NCBI RefSeq assembly: GCF_001194135.2
Contig: NC_068982.1
Location: 51,111,683-51,157,709, forward strand
Source: Octopus bimaculoides
Lineage: Eukaryota
DNA length: 46,027 bases
Reading direction: 5' to 3'
Positions within the stretch are counted from its first letter, which is position 1; the number at the start of each line of letters is the position of its first letter. Below the pieces are notes generated by a model, which saw nothing but the letters and a program-made list of their open reading frames with translations, ran no database searches and had not been told where the DNA came from. The position numbers and the translations under genes are program-made. Shown here piece after piece: positions 23,995 through 36,721 of the stretch.

Positions 23995-24180
23995 CGAGCC
24001 CACTTAAGTAGGGAGTTGTTGTTAACTGAAGTATACATACCCAGGCACAGGTACTTTATCTGGTTTTCTTTGGAGGAATTTGTCCAGGTACTGTTTGAAG
24101 TTTGTAGAGGTTTTTACTTCATTGATTTGATTTTGGATATTACATAAGGCAGGGTTAGTTGAGGCAAAATGGTCACAATA
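23995..24180 (-). mobile_element. CR1-type LINE 3' end remnant
   Basis: Minus strand HFASTNPAL...NFKQYLDKFLQRKPDKVPVPGYV...NNNSLLKW matches the C-terminus of the copy at 42488-42892 (FTSSGPALF...MDKFLQKIPDQPPTSGYVSNNNDSLLEW). Confidence 0.7.
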
Positions 24181-24489
24181 TGTTTATATGTCTTGTGTAA
24201 AATGAAAACCCACCAAGTCAGGACAGACATCTCAAAGAGTTGACAAAAACTGAAACAACACACAACACAGTAAGAATTAGGAATTTAGATGACTTACAGA
24301 AAAATACAGCAGAATGTTGGAATGCAGTCTGCTGAACTATATCAGAAAAATACAATCTCATTTCAACATATGAGAAGTAACACCATAGGAACATGTTAAA
24401 ACTGACAAGCTTCTAAATGCACTTATAGGAATGTGGTGCAATATACTCCATCCATGAAAATAGATTGCAAATAGTTTCCAGGGCACTAG

Positions 24490-24740
24490 TAATGATTTGC
24501 CCATGCTACATAGACTAAAGAAGAATCACACACCTACTTAATATTCTTGTTGCTGGACCCAGCCAGTTTATGAGGTCAATATCTTCAGCAACTATACATA
24601 TCCCTGCTTCCTATCAATGATAATAAGCCTACTAATCAAAATGTCTCCAGATGTCTCCAAGAGTAGAGAAGACTTCCACAGCAAAATCAATGACTGCATC
24701 CACTCCCATGATCTTACAAGTTTTATAAGTTGTACAAGTT
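24490..24740 (+). mobile_element. Very decayed Penelope-like RT fragment
   Basis: LPMLHRLKKNHTP and SKSREDFHSKINDCIHSHDLTSF resemble the PLE RT motifs LYGLPKIHK..P and KNS.DF..KI.....LVSFDV. Confidence 0.45.
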
Positions 24741-26169
24741 GTGGTGAGAATGTAAAGTTTAGTGAAGTCCTGCATCATGCAGGTTCACTTGTGGAGATGA
24801 ACCAAAAGAGCTTTTATCACAAGAAATTGTCATTGCAAACACAGTTTACTAAGGAAAACTATCTCAAGTGCAAATCATCAAGCATAGTGAGCATTAAAAT
24901 AACAGTGCATAGAAACATTTCTTCGGCAAAGCTTTACACTTTCTCCTTTTGAACTGGTAAACATCTATTTTTGAGTAAGTAAATACTTTCACTTTCATGG
25001 GGCCATGGAAACAAAGAAAACACCATCTCTTGTTTTAAAATAAGTGATTATGATCAATAGATAAAAATGAAATTATTTGTGCGAAAGTTTTTGTAGGAGA
25101 AGAAACAAGCAAATATACGTCTATCTACCTCTCTTTCTCTACTGATATATGCATGTGTGCTTATTGGTGAGTAAATGAGTATGTGGGTATGGAGTGGGGT
25201 GATGTCATATATGAATGTCTCCATTTCATAAATAGCTGTAAATTACTCTTCTATGTTGAAAATTTTCAGAAGTGAGGAAAAAGGAAAATATATCTATTTA
25301 TCTATCTACATTTAATATCTCTCTTCCTATTTCTCTTCCTCTCAAAGTCAGAATGCAGATTCAAATGTCGTGGTTTCTCCCTTTCTTATCATATGTGTGC
25401 TGTCATCATACATGAATGGATCAAAATCACTTTTTCTGTGTTGATATTGTAAGAAAAAATTTTTTGTGAGGGTCTCAAAGACCAGAAATGTACTAGAACT
25501 TATTTTAGGTAAAACTGTATGTTTAAGAGTGTATTATTCAAAACATTATTTACTGGTTTTGTTAAAACCATGGAAAACACAAGCAACAAACTTTGAATTT
25601 TAATGCTATAAAAGATTAGTGTCACAAACTTTTATAACAGAATGCTTACTATTTGTAAATTATTGATATATATTTTGATTTTCAATAATCAAAATGTAAT
25701 TTTGTTAAGTTTTAATCTCAAGTAATCTACAAATTTTGTCACTTAGGGCAAAAATATGATACTTGTAAAACATTGATTATAATTATTTAATTCCTTTTGC
25801 TAAGTTGATATCGCTGATATAAGTTTAATTCAGGTCCTGAAAATAAAAAAAAAATCAGTTAACATTCAATTTCTCACGACTTATCTTTCTACAAATATTC
25901 CCTGTCAGTTAAATTATATGGAGAATTAAACCTTATAATGATCATTTACCTTATTATTTTTCAATTGATAATTGAAAGTAAAGTTTATTGAAATCTACAA
26001 AATATTCTATTACAATTAATTTTAAACACTTTTAAAATTTTAAAATTGATATCTTTTGTTGTTAGAAAAACTTTTCTCTCAAATGAAAAGTATTAACTGA
26101 AAATTTAGAAAATACTTTGTTTGTTAGCATGCTTTGTTTTTAGTACATATCACTTTCAATTTGTTGAGG

Positions 26170-26460
26170 CAATGAAGTTTTTTTTAGTTGTATCAAGAGC
26201 CTTTGATTCTTCCCATTCTGTATATTACAAAGCTGACAGTATAAAGAAGAGTATGTTATTTGTGAACTAATGGAACTGGAATAAATTGGATTTACAGATG
26301 AATGAAATTTGATACTGGAGTACTCAATGGACTGTTTTTTAATGCATTTTCATGTTTGGAATATCATCACAATTCATATTAAACTTAAAAGTGAATATTG
26401 GATTATCAGAATTCAGGATGTTTACAAAGATGTCTAGGATTACCAACTAATTGAAACTGG
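26170..26460 (+). mobile_element. Possible ancient CR1/L2 RT remnant
   Basis: FLVVSRAFDS resembles FLDFSKAFD; weak traces of GVPQG and FADD regions. Confidence 0.3.
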
Positions 26461-27359
26461 AATAATTCTAAGAAATTATTTCTTAGTTTTGATGCAATTT
26501 TAATATATTCTGTTTATCTAATATAAACTTCAAAAAATATCAAAGGATTTACCAATTGATACAATACTGGATTATTACAATAGAATTTATGGATACATTT
26601 TGTAGCCTAAATGTTTCATACATAACTCTATTGTATTGGGAGACATTCAATTTCAATTACTTCTGTTTTTCTCTATATTCTTCTTTCAACATGACAAAGG
26701 TAATGTCTAAATTATTGATTACTTGGAGTACCTTGATTGCTGTAATTTGCAGGTATGTGATGATATTATTTATTTATCATTTCAGGTTTAGAAGTAAAGT
26801 TTTTACAACTTACTTTGTACTTCTTTATTGCAAAAGTATATATTTACAGCAGCTGCATGATCTTTTTCTTTTATGTGCATATTATTGAAATTCTTCATTT
26901 CATATAAAGTACATTAATTCACTGGTTATGCTACAATGTTATAGTTGTCTTCTCTCATAAATATCACATAACAGAATTCTATAGATGCTGAAAATTATTT
27001 AACTGTTTCAAATTATTCAGATATCTATCAAATTCCAGTCTGGTCTATATTCTAGAAAACAAAGAAATATATTTGCCATAAATCTCCACCTGTAATGTTT
27101 ACCGAAGCTTAGAAATTATATTAAGCATTCCATGTCTATTTCTTTATAGATAATTATAATTTCTAAAGAAAATGTAGGGATATATCCTTTAAATTCATTT
27201 TTCCACTCAATTTTTGCTACTAACAATATTTTTACAAATTTCAGTATCCACATATTGTCAACAAAGCAAGTAAATTTAAATATACACGCATGCGTGTGTG
27301 TGCACATGCACATATGCATGCGCATGCACACACACACAAACACACATGAACTTTGATAT

Positions 27360-27670
27360 GCTGGGAGAGAGTTATTGTTGACTGAGATGTATCCAGGTAC
27401 AGATGATCTATCTGGTCTCTCTTGAAGAAATATTATTTGAAGGTTATAGGATCCTTTTCTTCTTTGATTTGGTTTGGAATAATATTAAATAGAGAAGGGC
27501 CTGTTGGGGAAAAGTAATAATGTTGCACTGTGGATGTGGTTGTGAGTCTGGTTTCTATGTAGGAAGCGTATGGTACAGGATCCCAGCTTTGGATGAATTG
27601 TGAACTTGGATGTTAGGTCATTTGGGCAATGCTACTGTTATATTCTCCACATTGTGCAAATGATGTAGAG
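27360..27670 (-). mobile_element. CR1-type LINE 3' end remnant (same family as 41165-42960)
   Basis: IICTMWRI..HCPND...FTIHPKLG and PTGPSLFNIIPNQIKEEKDPITFK...VPGYISVNNNSL. Confidence 0.75.
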
Positions 27671-28729
27671 CTAATGGCAGCATTGAAGAGAACAAAATTT
27701 CTCTGTTTTAAGGTGGTTGCAATAATCAAGATCATAATAATAATGATATTATTGATAAGTGAGCTGTTTTCAATTTATCACCAAATATTAAGTATAATCA
27801 GAATTAAAGTAAGAAAAAAAATATAGCTTATTTTACACTGAACAACTCTTAAAACCAAAAATTAAATGTAAATATTATCAACAAAATGTGAAGTTCAATA
27901 AACATGTAAACTGATAAATAAACTCTTTAGAATTAGCAGAAAGAGTTCCCTGTATAAACATTTAAAAAATATTCTCATTTTCAATTCGAAATATCTTTAG
28001 ATGAAATTTGCTTAGTACTACTTAAGCTTCTAATTCATATGCATTCAGAAATCACTCAACCATCTCTTATAAATTGCTTTTAAATCCAAATGTACTTTGC
28101 CTGTTAGATAAATGGTAATTCTTTGAAAAACATTCCCTAGATTAAGTACATATGGAGGATCTATTTGAAAACTATACTTTCACACTCATAAGAAATATTT
28201 AGATAAGTGGTGATAAATAACAAAGTTTATTTCATTTCAAATAAAAGAAATTTATCAAATGAATTGTTAGAACTACCAAAGTTCATTGTTAATTTAGTAT
28301 GTACATTATCCAGTTAAATATAATAAAGTTTTGAAAATTCTATGAATTTCCATTAAAGAGAAGCCTAATTATGCCCTTGGATATTATTGAAGCTATACAA
28401 GTATTATCTATTAGTGTTCTAAAATATAAATTTACACATATTACTTTATAAAATTTTTGAATGGTACAGTCCTGTTTGAAGTGAAATATTATTAAACTCA
28501 ACCACTGAATTATAAAACCTTTTTGGTTGTCTTTAAAATGGATTTCATCTCTGCATTACACTACGTTACCTATAAGGCTAATTTTGTATTATCTACAATT
28601 AATTATATGTGAAGTTGGAAGATAGTTTTACTGAAATTGAGGTTCATGTTTCTTTTTTTTTTTCTCAAAGAAAATATTTCTAAAATGGTATCATTTTATA
28701 GGGAGTTTATATTTTATCATCTTCCTCAT

Positions 28730-28910
28730 CCTTAACATCATCATCATCATCATCATCTAGGGTCCATTTTCCATACTGGAATGACTTAAGTGGTTTGACA
28801 AGATACAGTGAGTCTGAGAAGTACATTGTGATCCAATGTCCACTTTGGTATAGTTTCTATGATCGGATACTCTTCTTAACACCAACCACTTTACAGCATG
28901 TCCTGGGTGG
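28730..28910 (-). mobile_element. (GAT)n-tailed SINE fragment
   Basis: catcatcatc...ccattttccatactgg...ctcttcttaacaccaaccactttacag, as at 16027-16300. Confidence 0.6.
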
Positions 28911-28921
28911 TTTTATTTTTT

Positions 28922-28954
<33 letters not shown>

Positions 28955-29084
28955 ACTATCTAGGTCGCCATGCATCTCACTGGATATTAAGCAAGTGATC
29001 AATAAATCATTCTGTTAACTGCTCTGGCCTTATTTTCCCAGAGATCTTATGTGATGCTTAAAATGGGACAGCTCTTGGGTGTAT

Positions 29085-29990
29085 GAATCAAGGATCATAT
29101 TCAATGCACTTGATGACAATTCCATTGTCATCAAGCACAATGGCAGTTTGTTTTAAAAAAGGTTATCATAACTTGCAGAAAAAGAAAGTGAAATTTCTAA
29201 TGAAAGACTTTTTTCTAGCTATAAGTGCTGGTTTGAAAGGTTCAAGAACCTTCAATTTGCACAACACGAAAATGACTGGTGAAGCTGTCATTGCTGATAG
29301 AGGCTGCTGCTAAATTATTCTGAGCAGCTGGAAAAGAATAATTGTTGAAGGGGACTACACACCAGAGTAAACATAAGGACAGTTCATAAAACTGTACTTA
29401 TTTGGAAGTACATGCCTACTAAGACTTTCTCCAGAAGAAAATTCAACAGAATGATTTAAAGGTTCCAAAAATCATCTGTTGCTTCTTCTGAGAGAAAATG
29501 TTGCTGATGATATGAAATTAAAGACCCTGCTAGTGTATCACTCTGACAATTCGAGACTTTCCAAAGTTACACAAAGTTTAATTTGGCTGATTTGGTTTTC
29601 AAATAAGAGTGTACGGATGACTAAAAGCTTTTTCAAAGAGTGGTTTACAAATATTTTTTGTAGGGATATATTTTCTACAAAGCATTGCTTCTTTCAGACA
29701 ATGCACCAAGCAACCCAGTGTACTTGGATGTGCTTTCTGATTATGAGAGAACAGAATATACTCCCAGCACTACAACTCCTTTGATCCAACCAGTGGATTA
29801 GGTTGTATACCAAACTTCAAGCCATATTATCTGAGAACTCTCAAACAACTTATGAAAGCAATTGGCAGGGAAGATAAATCTACAGTTAGAGCCTCCTTGA
29901 AAAAGTTTAACATACTGGATGCTGTAGATAACATAGTTGAGTCATGCATGGTATATAGTAAAGCACACAACTTTGAATGGTGTTTGGAAA
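29085..29990 (+). mobile_element. Tigger/pogo (CENP-B-like DDE_1) transposase remnant
   Basis: Fragments CWFERFKNL / NLHNTKMTGEA, LLLLRENVADDMKLKTLLVYHS, IWFSNKSVRMTKSFFKEWF, ALLLSDNAPS, PSTTTPLIQPVD (cf. LPPNTTSLIQPMDQGV). A Tigger-like right end may lie near 30480-30515. Confidence 0.85.
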
Positions 29991-30524
29991 AATATACTCC
30001 CAGTTTTTGCTAATATTCCTAATCATGAATGTAACATAAAAATTACAAGAGTTACTACACTGAGCTGTATAAAATAAAGAGATGATATGTCATAAACATC
30101 AAACAATTTTGAATAAGTTTTTTTGCCTCTCAAGTAGATGTTGATGAACTTATATGGCTGAAGATAGTGACTCGTGTCTTACCAGTTTCTATCATTCCAG
30201 CACCACCAGCCATCACACAGCAGTCAACATCTTTTGTAATAATAATGTGCCTTGTTATAATATTAGGATTCTTATTTATTCCCTAACTTATTTCTCTTCA
30301 GATATTTTTCTGTATACATATCAAATTGTTAGTGTTGAGAAATGGATATTTTTCTACATAAAACTAGTTTCTTTTTGTTGTTGTTTCAAAAAAAAAATCT
30401 GTCTCTTAATATCCATGAAAGTCAACGGGAAAATTAATTTTGCATTACCAGATTTCACATTACAACAAGTTTTTTCAGGAATGCACAATTCCTGTAAGGC
30501 AGGGGATTCTTGTGTATATTACAT

Positions 30525-32111
30525 ACTAGCAGAAATACCTGGCTTTGCCCGGGTTAAAGAGAATAATGAAATCTAAAAACGATGTCTAGACTACGCAACC
30601 CTCAACTGTTAGTAGCAACGATACCATATTTCTACATTAATAACTCTCCAATCCATGCCAGCATGGAACATAGACATTAAGTGGAATGCCAGTCTCTCAT
30701 TTGGGAAGGCCTTGAAATCAATGTTACCAACTGGGGACTATGTGTGTCGCAGTGATAATAAAAAGACTCAAAGGAGGTCTGCAACGAAATAATTTTACTC
30801 AACACTTTGCAAGTGAATCAGTGGAGGCAAAGATGTGTCTCATTTACTTGACAATTTATGCACCACATTTCAGAAATCACAATGTAAGTATATCTGAAAG
30901 GGTAGTCNNNNNNNNNNNNNNNNNNNNNNNNNNNNNNNNNNNNNNNNNNNNNNNNNNNNNNNNNNNNNNNNNNNNNNNNNNNNNNNNNNNNNNNNNNNNN
31001 NNNNNNNNNNNNNNNNNNNNNNNNNNNNNNNNNNNNNNNNNNNNNNNNNNNNNNNNNNNNNNNNNNNNNNNNNNNNNNNNNNNNNNNNNNNNNNNNNNNN
31101 NNNNNNNNNNNNNNNNNNNNNNNNNNNNNNNNNNNNNNNNNNNNNNNNNNNNNNNNNNNNNNNNNNNNNNNNNNNNNNNNNNNNNNNNNNNNNNNNNNNN
31201 NNNNNNNNNNNNNNNNNNNNNNNNNNNNNNNNNNNNNNNNNNNNNNNNNNNNNNNNNNNNNNNNNNNNNNNNNNNNNNNNNNNNNNNNNNNNNNNNNNNN
31301 NNNNNNNNNNNNNNNNNNNNNNNNNNNNNNNNNNNNNNNNNNNNNNNNNNNNNNNNNNNNNNNNNNNNNNNNNNNNNNNNNNNNNNNNNNNNNNNNNNNN
31401 NNNNNNNNNNNNNNNNNNNNNNNNNNNNNNNNNNNNNNNNNNNNNNNNNNNNNNNNNNNNNNNNNNNNNNNNNNNNNNNNNNNNNNNNNNNNNNNNNNNN
31501 NNNNNNNNNNNNNNNNNNNNNNNNNNNNNNNNNNNNNNNNNNNNNNNNNNNNNNNNNNNNNNNNNNNNNNNNNNNNNNNNNNNNNNNNNNNNNNNNNNNN
31601 NNNNNNNNNNNNNNNNNNNNNNNNNNNNNNNNNNNNNNNNNNNNNNNNNNNNNNNNNNNNNNNNNNNNNNNNNNNNNNNNNNNNNNNNNNNNNNNNNNNN
31701 NNNNNNNNNNNNNNNNNNNNNNNNNNNNNNNNNTTTCTCTTTCTCTCTCACTCTCTTTCTCTCTTTCTCTCTCTCTCTGAAAGTATCTGTCATTACAGTA
31801 TCGAAATGTGATTGTTTCAGTTAGTGGAATAGTTTTATTTTTAAAGTGAACGTATTTGACATGAGTGCTTTTGTTTCACTTTTGACACGTAATACTTAAA
31901 TAGTGGAGGAGATATTATGTTGCCGTGGGCTCGAACTCTGCAAGAAGTTAAAAAAATTTTTTGACTAAAACACAACTGGAACCCTAAGTAAGGCATCTGT
32001 AAAATTTGAATGAAATTGGTTGCGTAGTTCTCGAGTTTTAGGGATTCACACATACACACAGACAGACAGACAGACAGACATACACACATTCTCATTTTTA
32101 TATATATAGAT
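30525..32111 (+). mobile_element. Non-autonomous Helentron/HINE (Lep1-like) element spanning an N gap
   Basis: 5' end ACTAGCAGAAATACCTGGCTTTGCCCGGG. 3' region aaaatttgaatgaaattggttgcgtagttctcgag, (ACAG)n, then attctcatttttatatatatagat. This terminal architecture is typical of Lep1/HINE-like elements. Confidence 0.75.
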
Positions 32112-32739
32112 AATATACATATTATGCACAGAAACACAGACACATATGTATGATACATGTGTGTGCATGCTTGCGTGCATTTTTTTGCATAGTCATTGCA
32201 AGACTAATAATTTGTTGTGGAACTCAATATACATGTGTTTCAGAACAAAGTGATAGATGTGTACAGAGCAGTAATAAGAAAAAAGAGATGACACTGGAAA
32301 AATGATGGTTATGTTATGAACTTCATTAGCTTACAGCTGTTCTTTTATAAGATGCAGTGGATTTGTAGTTGAGTGCCTGAGTAACATTCTATAGCTTCAT
32401 CAGAGCCTCAAATATGAAGTTCAACTTATGTAGGAAAATAGAATTATATTTATGCAATATACAGGAAAGGAGAGTTGGAGTTGAGTCTATAGTTTTGGTA
32501 GTTTCACGTTACTTTGGTTGTTTTTGCATTAGATTTTCTATCATTCAAGTGACTTCTTCATTCTTGGGTCTTGGTTCAGTAATGGTTGTTTTGAAGAACA
32601 GTGACAAATGTTTGTATGTTTATTGGGTTGCATGTTGTAACTAAAGATAGAGTTTTTGGGTATATCTAAAATGTTTTTGTCTTCTTGTAGTTCTTCAATG
32701 TCTATTGCATTATATATATTTATGAATATATATATTACA

Positions 32740-32776
32740 TATAGATATTACATATATACATATATACATATTATAA

Positions 32777-32807
<31 letters not shown>

Positions 32808-33061
32808 ATACACATGCTTGTTGTTCCTGCACATGTCTTCTTTTGTTTGCTGTAAATTTGAACTATATGTGTGTGTGTGCACATACGTATGTGCATATAT
32901 ATGTATGTATATATGGATATGTATATGTATATATGAACATGTATGTATGTGTGTGTATGTATGTATGTATATGTCTGTATGTATGTGTATATATGTGTAT
33001 GTAGATATATATGTATATATGCATATGTATATATATGTACATGTGTATATATATGTATGTA

Positions 33062-33137
<76 letters not shown>

Positions 33138-33350
33138 AATGTATATGTATATATGTATACATATAGATGTATATGTACACGTATATGTATACATATATAG
33201 ATATAGAACTATATGCATACATGTATATGTATACATATGTGTAGATGTATATATATATATAGATATACATGTAATATGTACACATATATACATGCATACA
33301 GATATCTATACATATATACACACACACATACACATGCACACAAACACACA
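32740..33350. repeat. ~600-bp compound TA/TG/CA low-complexity tract
   Basis: Direct reading; source of the spurious YIYI/VCV ORFs. Confidence 0.95.
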
Positions 33351-33960
33351 CATTAGTCATTTGTTTTTTATCCAAAACTATCTCAAAAGTACTGAATGGA
33401 TCTTTATGAAATTTGGAAATTATATTCTATGCAAAACAGCCATAACCCCCATGAAAATTCATGTTTTTGATGTTGATGAATTATTAACCATACATATTAC
33501 ACACAAATAAAGTAATATTTCTAAAATTTCTTCTTCTTAGAAGTTACAAAGACTCCTTCATGGGGACTTCACACCCACAATTTAGTCATTTTTTCCTAAG
33601 CAAAGACGAATACTGTTGTACCATTGGAAGCTATAGGGGCACCCAAACATAACAGATGAGCATTATTTGTAATTCAATGGTACAACAGTGTAAGACTATC
33701 TTTTCAGATATACTTACATTGTGATTTCTGCAATGTGGTGCATAAATTGTCAAGTAAATGAGACGCATCTTTGCTTCCACTGATTCACTTGCAAAGTGTT
33801 GAGTAAAATTATTTCCTTGCAGACCTCCTTTGAGTCTTTTTATTATCACTGGGACATACATAGTCCCCAGTTTGTAACATTGATTTCAAAGCCTTCCCAG
33901 ACGAGTGATTGGTTGTTCTAAGACATTTATTGATTGTAAATTTTTTCTGCACAATTACCT
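33350..33960 (-). mobile_element. Second HINE-like element (inverted) sharing a 206-bp segment with 30702-30907
   Basis: 33694-33899 is the reverse complement of 30702-30907 with scattered substitutions. Minus strand has aatttccaaatttcataaagatccattcagtacttttgagat, a HINE-like 3' motif. Confidence 0.6.
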
Positions 33961-34269
33961 AGCGGTATAGTGATCATTTGCAAACTCCAGAGGCGATACT
34001 TTCATTTCCCTTTACTCCAAACGTCACACACTGTTATTTCAATTGGGTCATGCCCTTCCAATTGCTATAGATCAGTACTGCATCTTACAGCTGTGCCTGT
34101 CACCTGTATGGTGAGGAATCCTACATTGGGGAGTAGTAAGGACTACGCTAGGGTAGCTGACTGATTATCGTGATTATTCGTCTTTTGGTTTCCTGTAGCT
34201 TTGCTCTCTTTTACAAACCCAGTGAACATACATATATTTCCTATTTCAAAGAAATTCAAACAATACATA

Positions 34270-35260
34270 TTAGACCCAAGTTAAAACGATTCCCAACAAT
34301 TCAGGTTTATCTGCTATTATGTGTGTAGCTTCTGTAATTTGTGTAAGCATTGCATCTTTTCTATGTGTGGACAAGAATTTATCTTTTATGTTGTTGAATG
34401 AGCCCCCATGTTCCTGTTCGGCATACTGGTACAGAACTGATGAGCTCTTCTCTTCCTTAAGTTCCCTCCAATGCTCATTTACCTGCTCTCCTATGCTCCA
34501 TGCTGTTTCCCCTACATACATCGTTGTCTTGTTACTGCACTGTCCCTCTGTACATCTTATACTATAGACTACATTCCTGGCTTTACAGTTTGTTTGTGGA
34601 CTAAATCTACATACAGTACAGTTCCTATCAGTACAAGGGGTTCTACTAAAAGGATAGATTCTACTGATTAGGGATTTGATAGGGCTGCCTGGCCTTTCTA
34701 CAACCTGAATTCTTAGCTTAAATTTGTCTAGGGCCCTTCTAAAGCGGTACGCCAGTTCACCTCTAGGGGTGGTGTTGACGAACGTGACGCTCAGGTATTT
34801 GTGGCCATCATACCATGAGTTGGCCTTCCCTATTTTCTTCTTAGTCCTTTCAATGGTGTTCCATCACTTGCTCCTATAGAGTGAGCAAATCCCATTCCTA
34901 TAATTACGTATGATAGTTTCAAATTTCCTCATGGCTCCTTTGTATACTCTGATCCTTTCTCTATAGCTGTATCCTGAGAACTGCATGTGGTGAACGAAAT
35001 GTTGTATGTGCCTCTTTAACTCTGTAGGGTCGCACATGCGGGACACATTTCTCATTACTCTGCTGATGAGGTCTGCCATCAATATATTGAATTTGGCATT
35101 GTCCGTGATAGCTGAGTTTCGGTGGATCAGGTATTTGGAGGCCATAGGTTTGGCATGGTGTGAATGAAGGATTCAGGTTTTATTATGACCTGACAGGATG
35201 TATAGTGGTAGCATGGATGTGGTATCCCTAATACAGGCACATTCCCACACACACTTACTA
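34270..35260 (-). mobile_element. Penelope-like retroelement 3' part (RT thumb, CX4CXXC linker, GIY-YIG endonuclease); Naiad/Neptune-type
   Basis: One frame from 35145 to 34270 with a single internal TGA (34864-34866): MASKYLIHRNSA...SK*W...SWY..KYLSVTFVNTTPRGELA...PCTDRNCTVC...NVVYSIRCTEGQC...MYVGETAWSIGEQVNEH...EQEH...QITEA. Confidence 0.9.
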
Positions 35261-36338
35261 AATATAGACACACACAGGGGTATACACATGCGCAAATAAA
35301 GGCACATACAATAGGGATACAAAATGGCTGATCATTAGTAAGGAAAGACACAAAAAAAGAAAAACGTCACAGAAGGGTGACAAAAGAACTCTGGCCGAAA
35401 TACGATTAATATAAAATAAAGCTGAAGCAAGTGAACACCAAATATATAGTGCATGTGATTCTATTGGCTAAACTGGCAACATGACCATCCCCAAATACAA
35501 CAATATGTGTTTCAACACACAAATTCTCATCAAGAATCTTGCAAAACAAATATATAAACATATATANNNNNNNNNNNNNNNNNNNNNNNNNNNNNNNNNN
35601 NNNNNNNNNNNNNNNNNNNNNNNNNNNNNNNNNNNNNNNNNNNNNNNNNNNNNNNNNNNNNNNNNNNNNNNNNNNNNNNNNNNNNNNNNNNNNNNNNNNN
35701 NNNNNNNNNNNNNNNNNNNNNNNNNNNNNNNNNNNNNNNNNNNNNNNNNNNNNNNNNNNNNNNNNNNNNNNNNNNNNNNNNNNNNNNNNNNNNNNNNNNN
35801 NNNNNNNNNNNNNNNNNNNNNNNNNNNNNNNNNNNNNNNNNNNNNNNNNNNNNNNNNNNNNNNNNNNNNNNNNNNNNNNNNNNNNNNNNNNNNNNNNNNN
35901 NNNNNNNNNNNNNNNNNNNNNNNNNNNNNNNNNNNNNNNNNNNNNNNNNNNNNNNNNNNNNNNNNNNNNNNNNNNNNNNNNNNNNNNNNNNNNNNNNNNN
36001 NNNNNNNNNNNNNNNNNNNNNNNNNNNNNNNNNNNNNNNNNNNNNNNNNNNNNNNNNNNNNNNNNNNNNNNNNNNNNNNNNNNNNNNNNNNNNNNNNNNN
36101 NNNNNNNNNNNNNNNNNNNNNNNNNNNNNNNNNNNNNNNNNNNNNNNNNNNNNNNNNNNNNNNNNNNNNNNNNNNNNNNNNNNNNNNNNNNNNNNNNNNN
36201 NNNNNNNNNNNNNNNNNNNNNNNNNNNNNNNNNNNNNNNNNNNNNNNNNNNNNNNNNNNNNNNNNNNNNNNNNNNNNNNNNNNNNNNNNNNNNNNNNNNN
36301 NNNNNNNNNNNNNNNNNNNNNNNNNATGTATGTTATGT

Positions 36339-36700
36339 GGAGGTGCAATGGCCCAGTGGTTAGGGTCATAGGATCGCGGTTTCGATTCCCAGACCAGGCG
36401 TTGTGAGTGTTTATTGAGCGAAAACACCTAAAGCTCCACAAGGCTCCGGCAGGGGATGGTGGCGAACCCTGCTGTACTCTTCCACCACAACTTTCTCTCA
36501 CTCTTACTTCCTGTTTCTGTTGTGCCTGTAATTCAAAGGGTCAGCCTTGTCACACTGTGTCACGCTGAATATCCTCGAGAACTACGTTAAGGGTACACGT
36601 GCTCAGCCACTTGCACGTTAATTTCATGAGCAGGCTGTTCCGTTGATCGGATCAACTGGAACCCTCGACGTAGTAAGCGACAGAGTGCCAACAACAACAA
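36339..36700 (+). mobile_element. tRNA-derived SINE (third family), AAC tail
   Basis: A-box tggcccagtggttagg, B-box-like ggtttcgattccc, tail gtgccaacaacaac. Confidence 0.9.
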
Positions 36701-36721
36701 TATGTATGTTATATATTATGT

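Noticed and set aside
27488-27512. Collagen micro-exon (EKGLLGK or EGPVGEK reading)
   Set aside because: It is the antisense of a CR1 3' fragment, splice sites are poor and a stop follows immediately.
34864-34866. In-frame TGA as selenocysteine (reported for some Naiad elements)
   Set aside because: It is not at a Cys motif position. The same copy shows other CpG-type losses, so CGA>TGA decay is simpler, and no SECIS was recognised.
36339-36400. tRNA gene
   Set aside because: A/B-box-like motifs are present but there is no cloverleaf, and it continues into a SINE body. The same applies to the other SINE heads.
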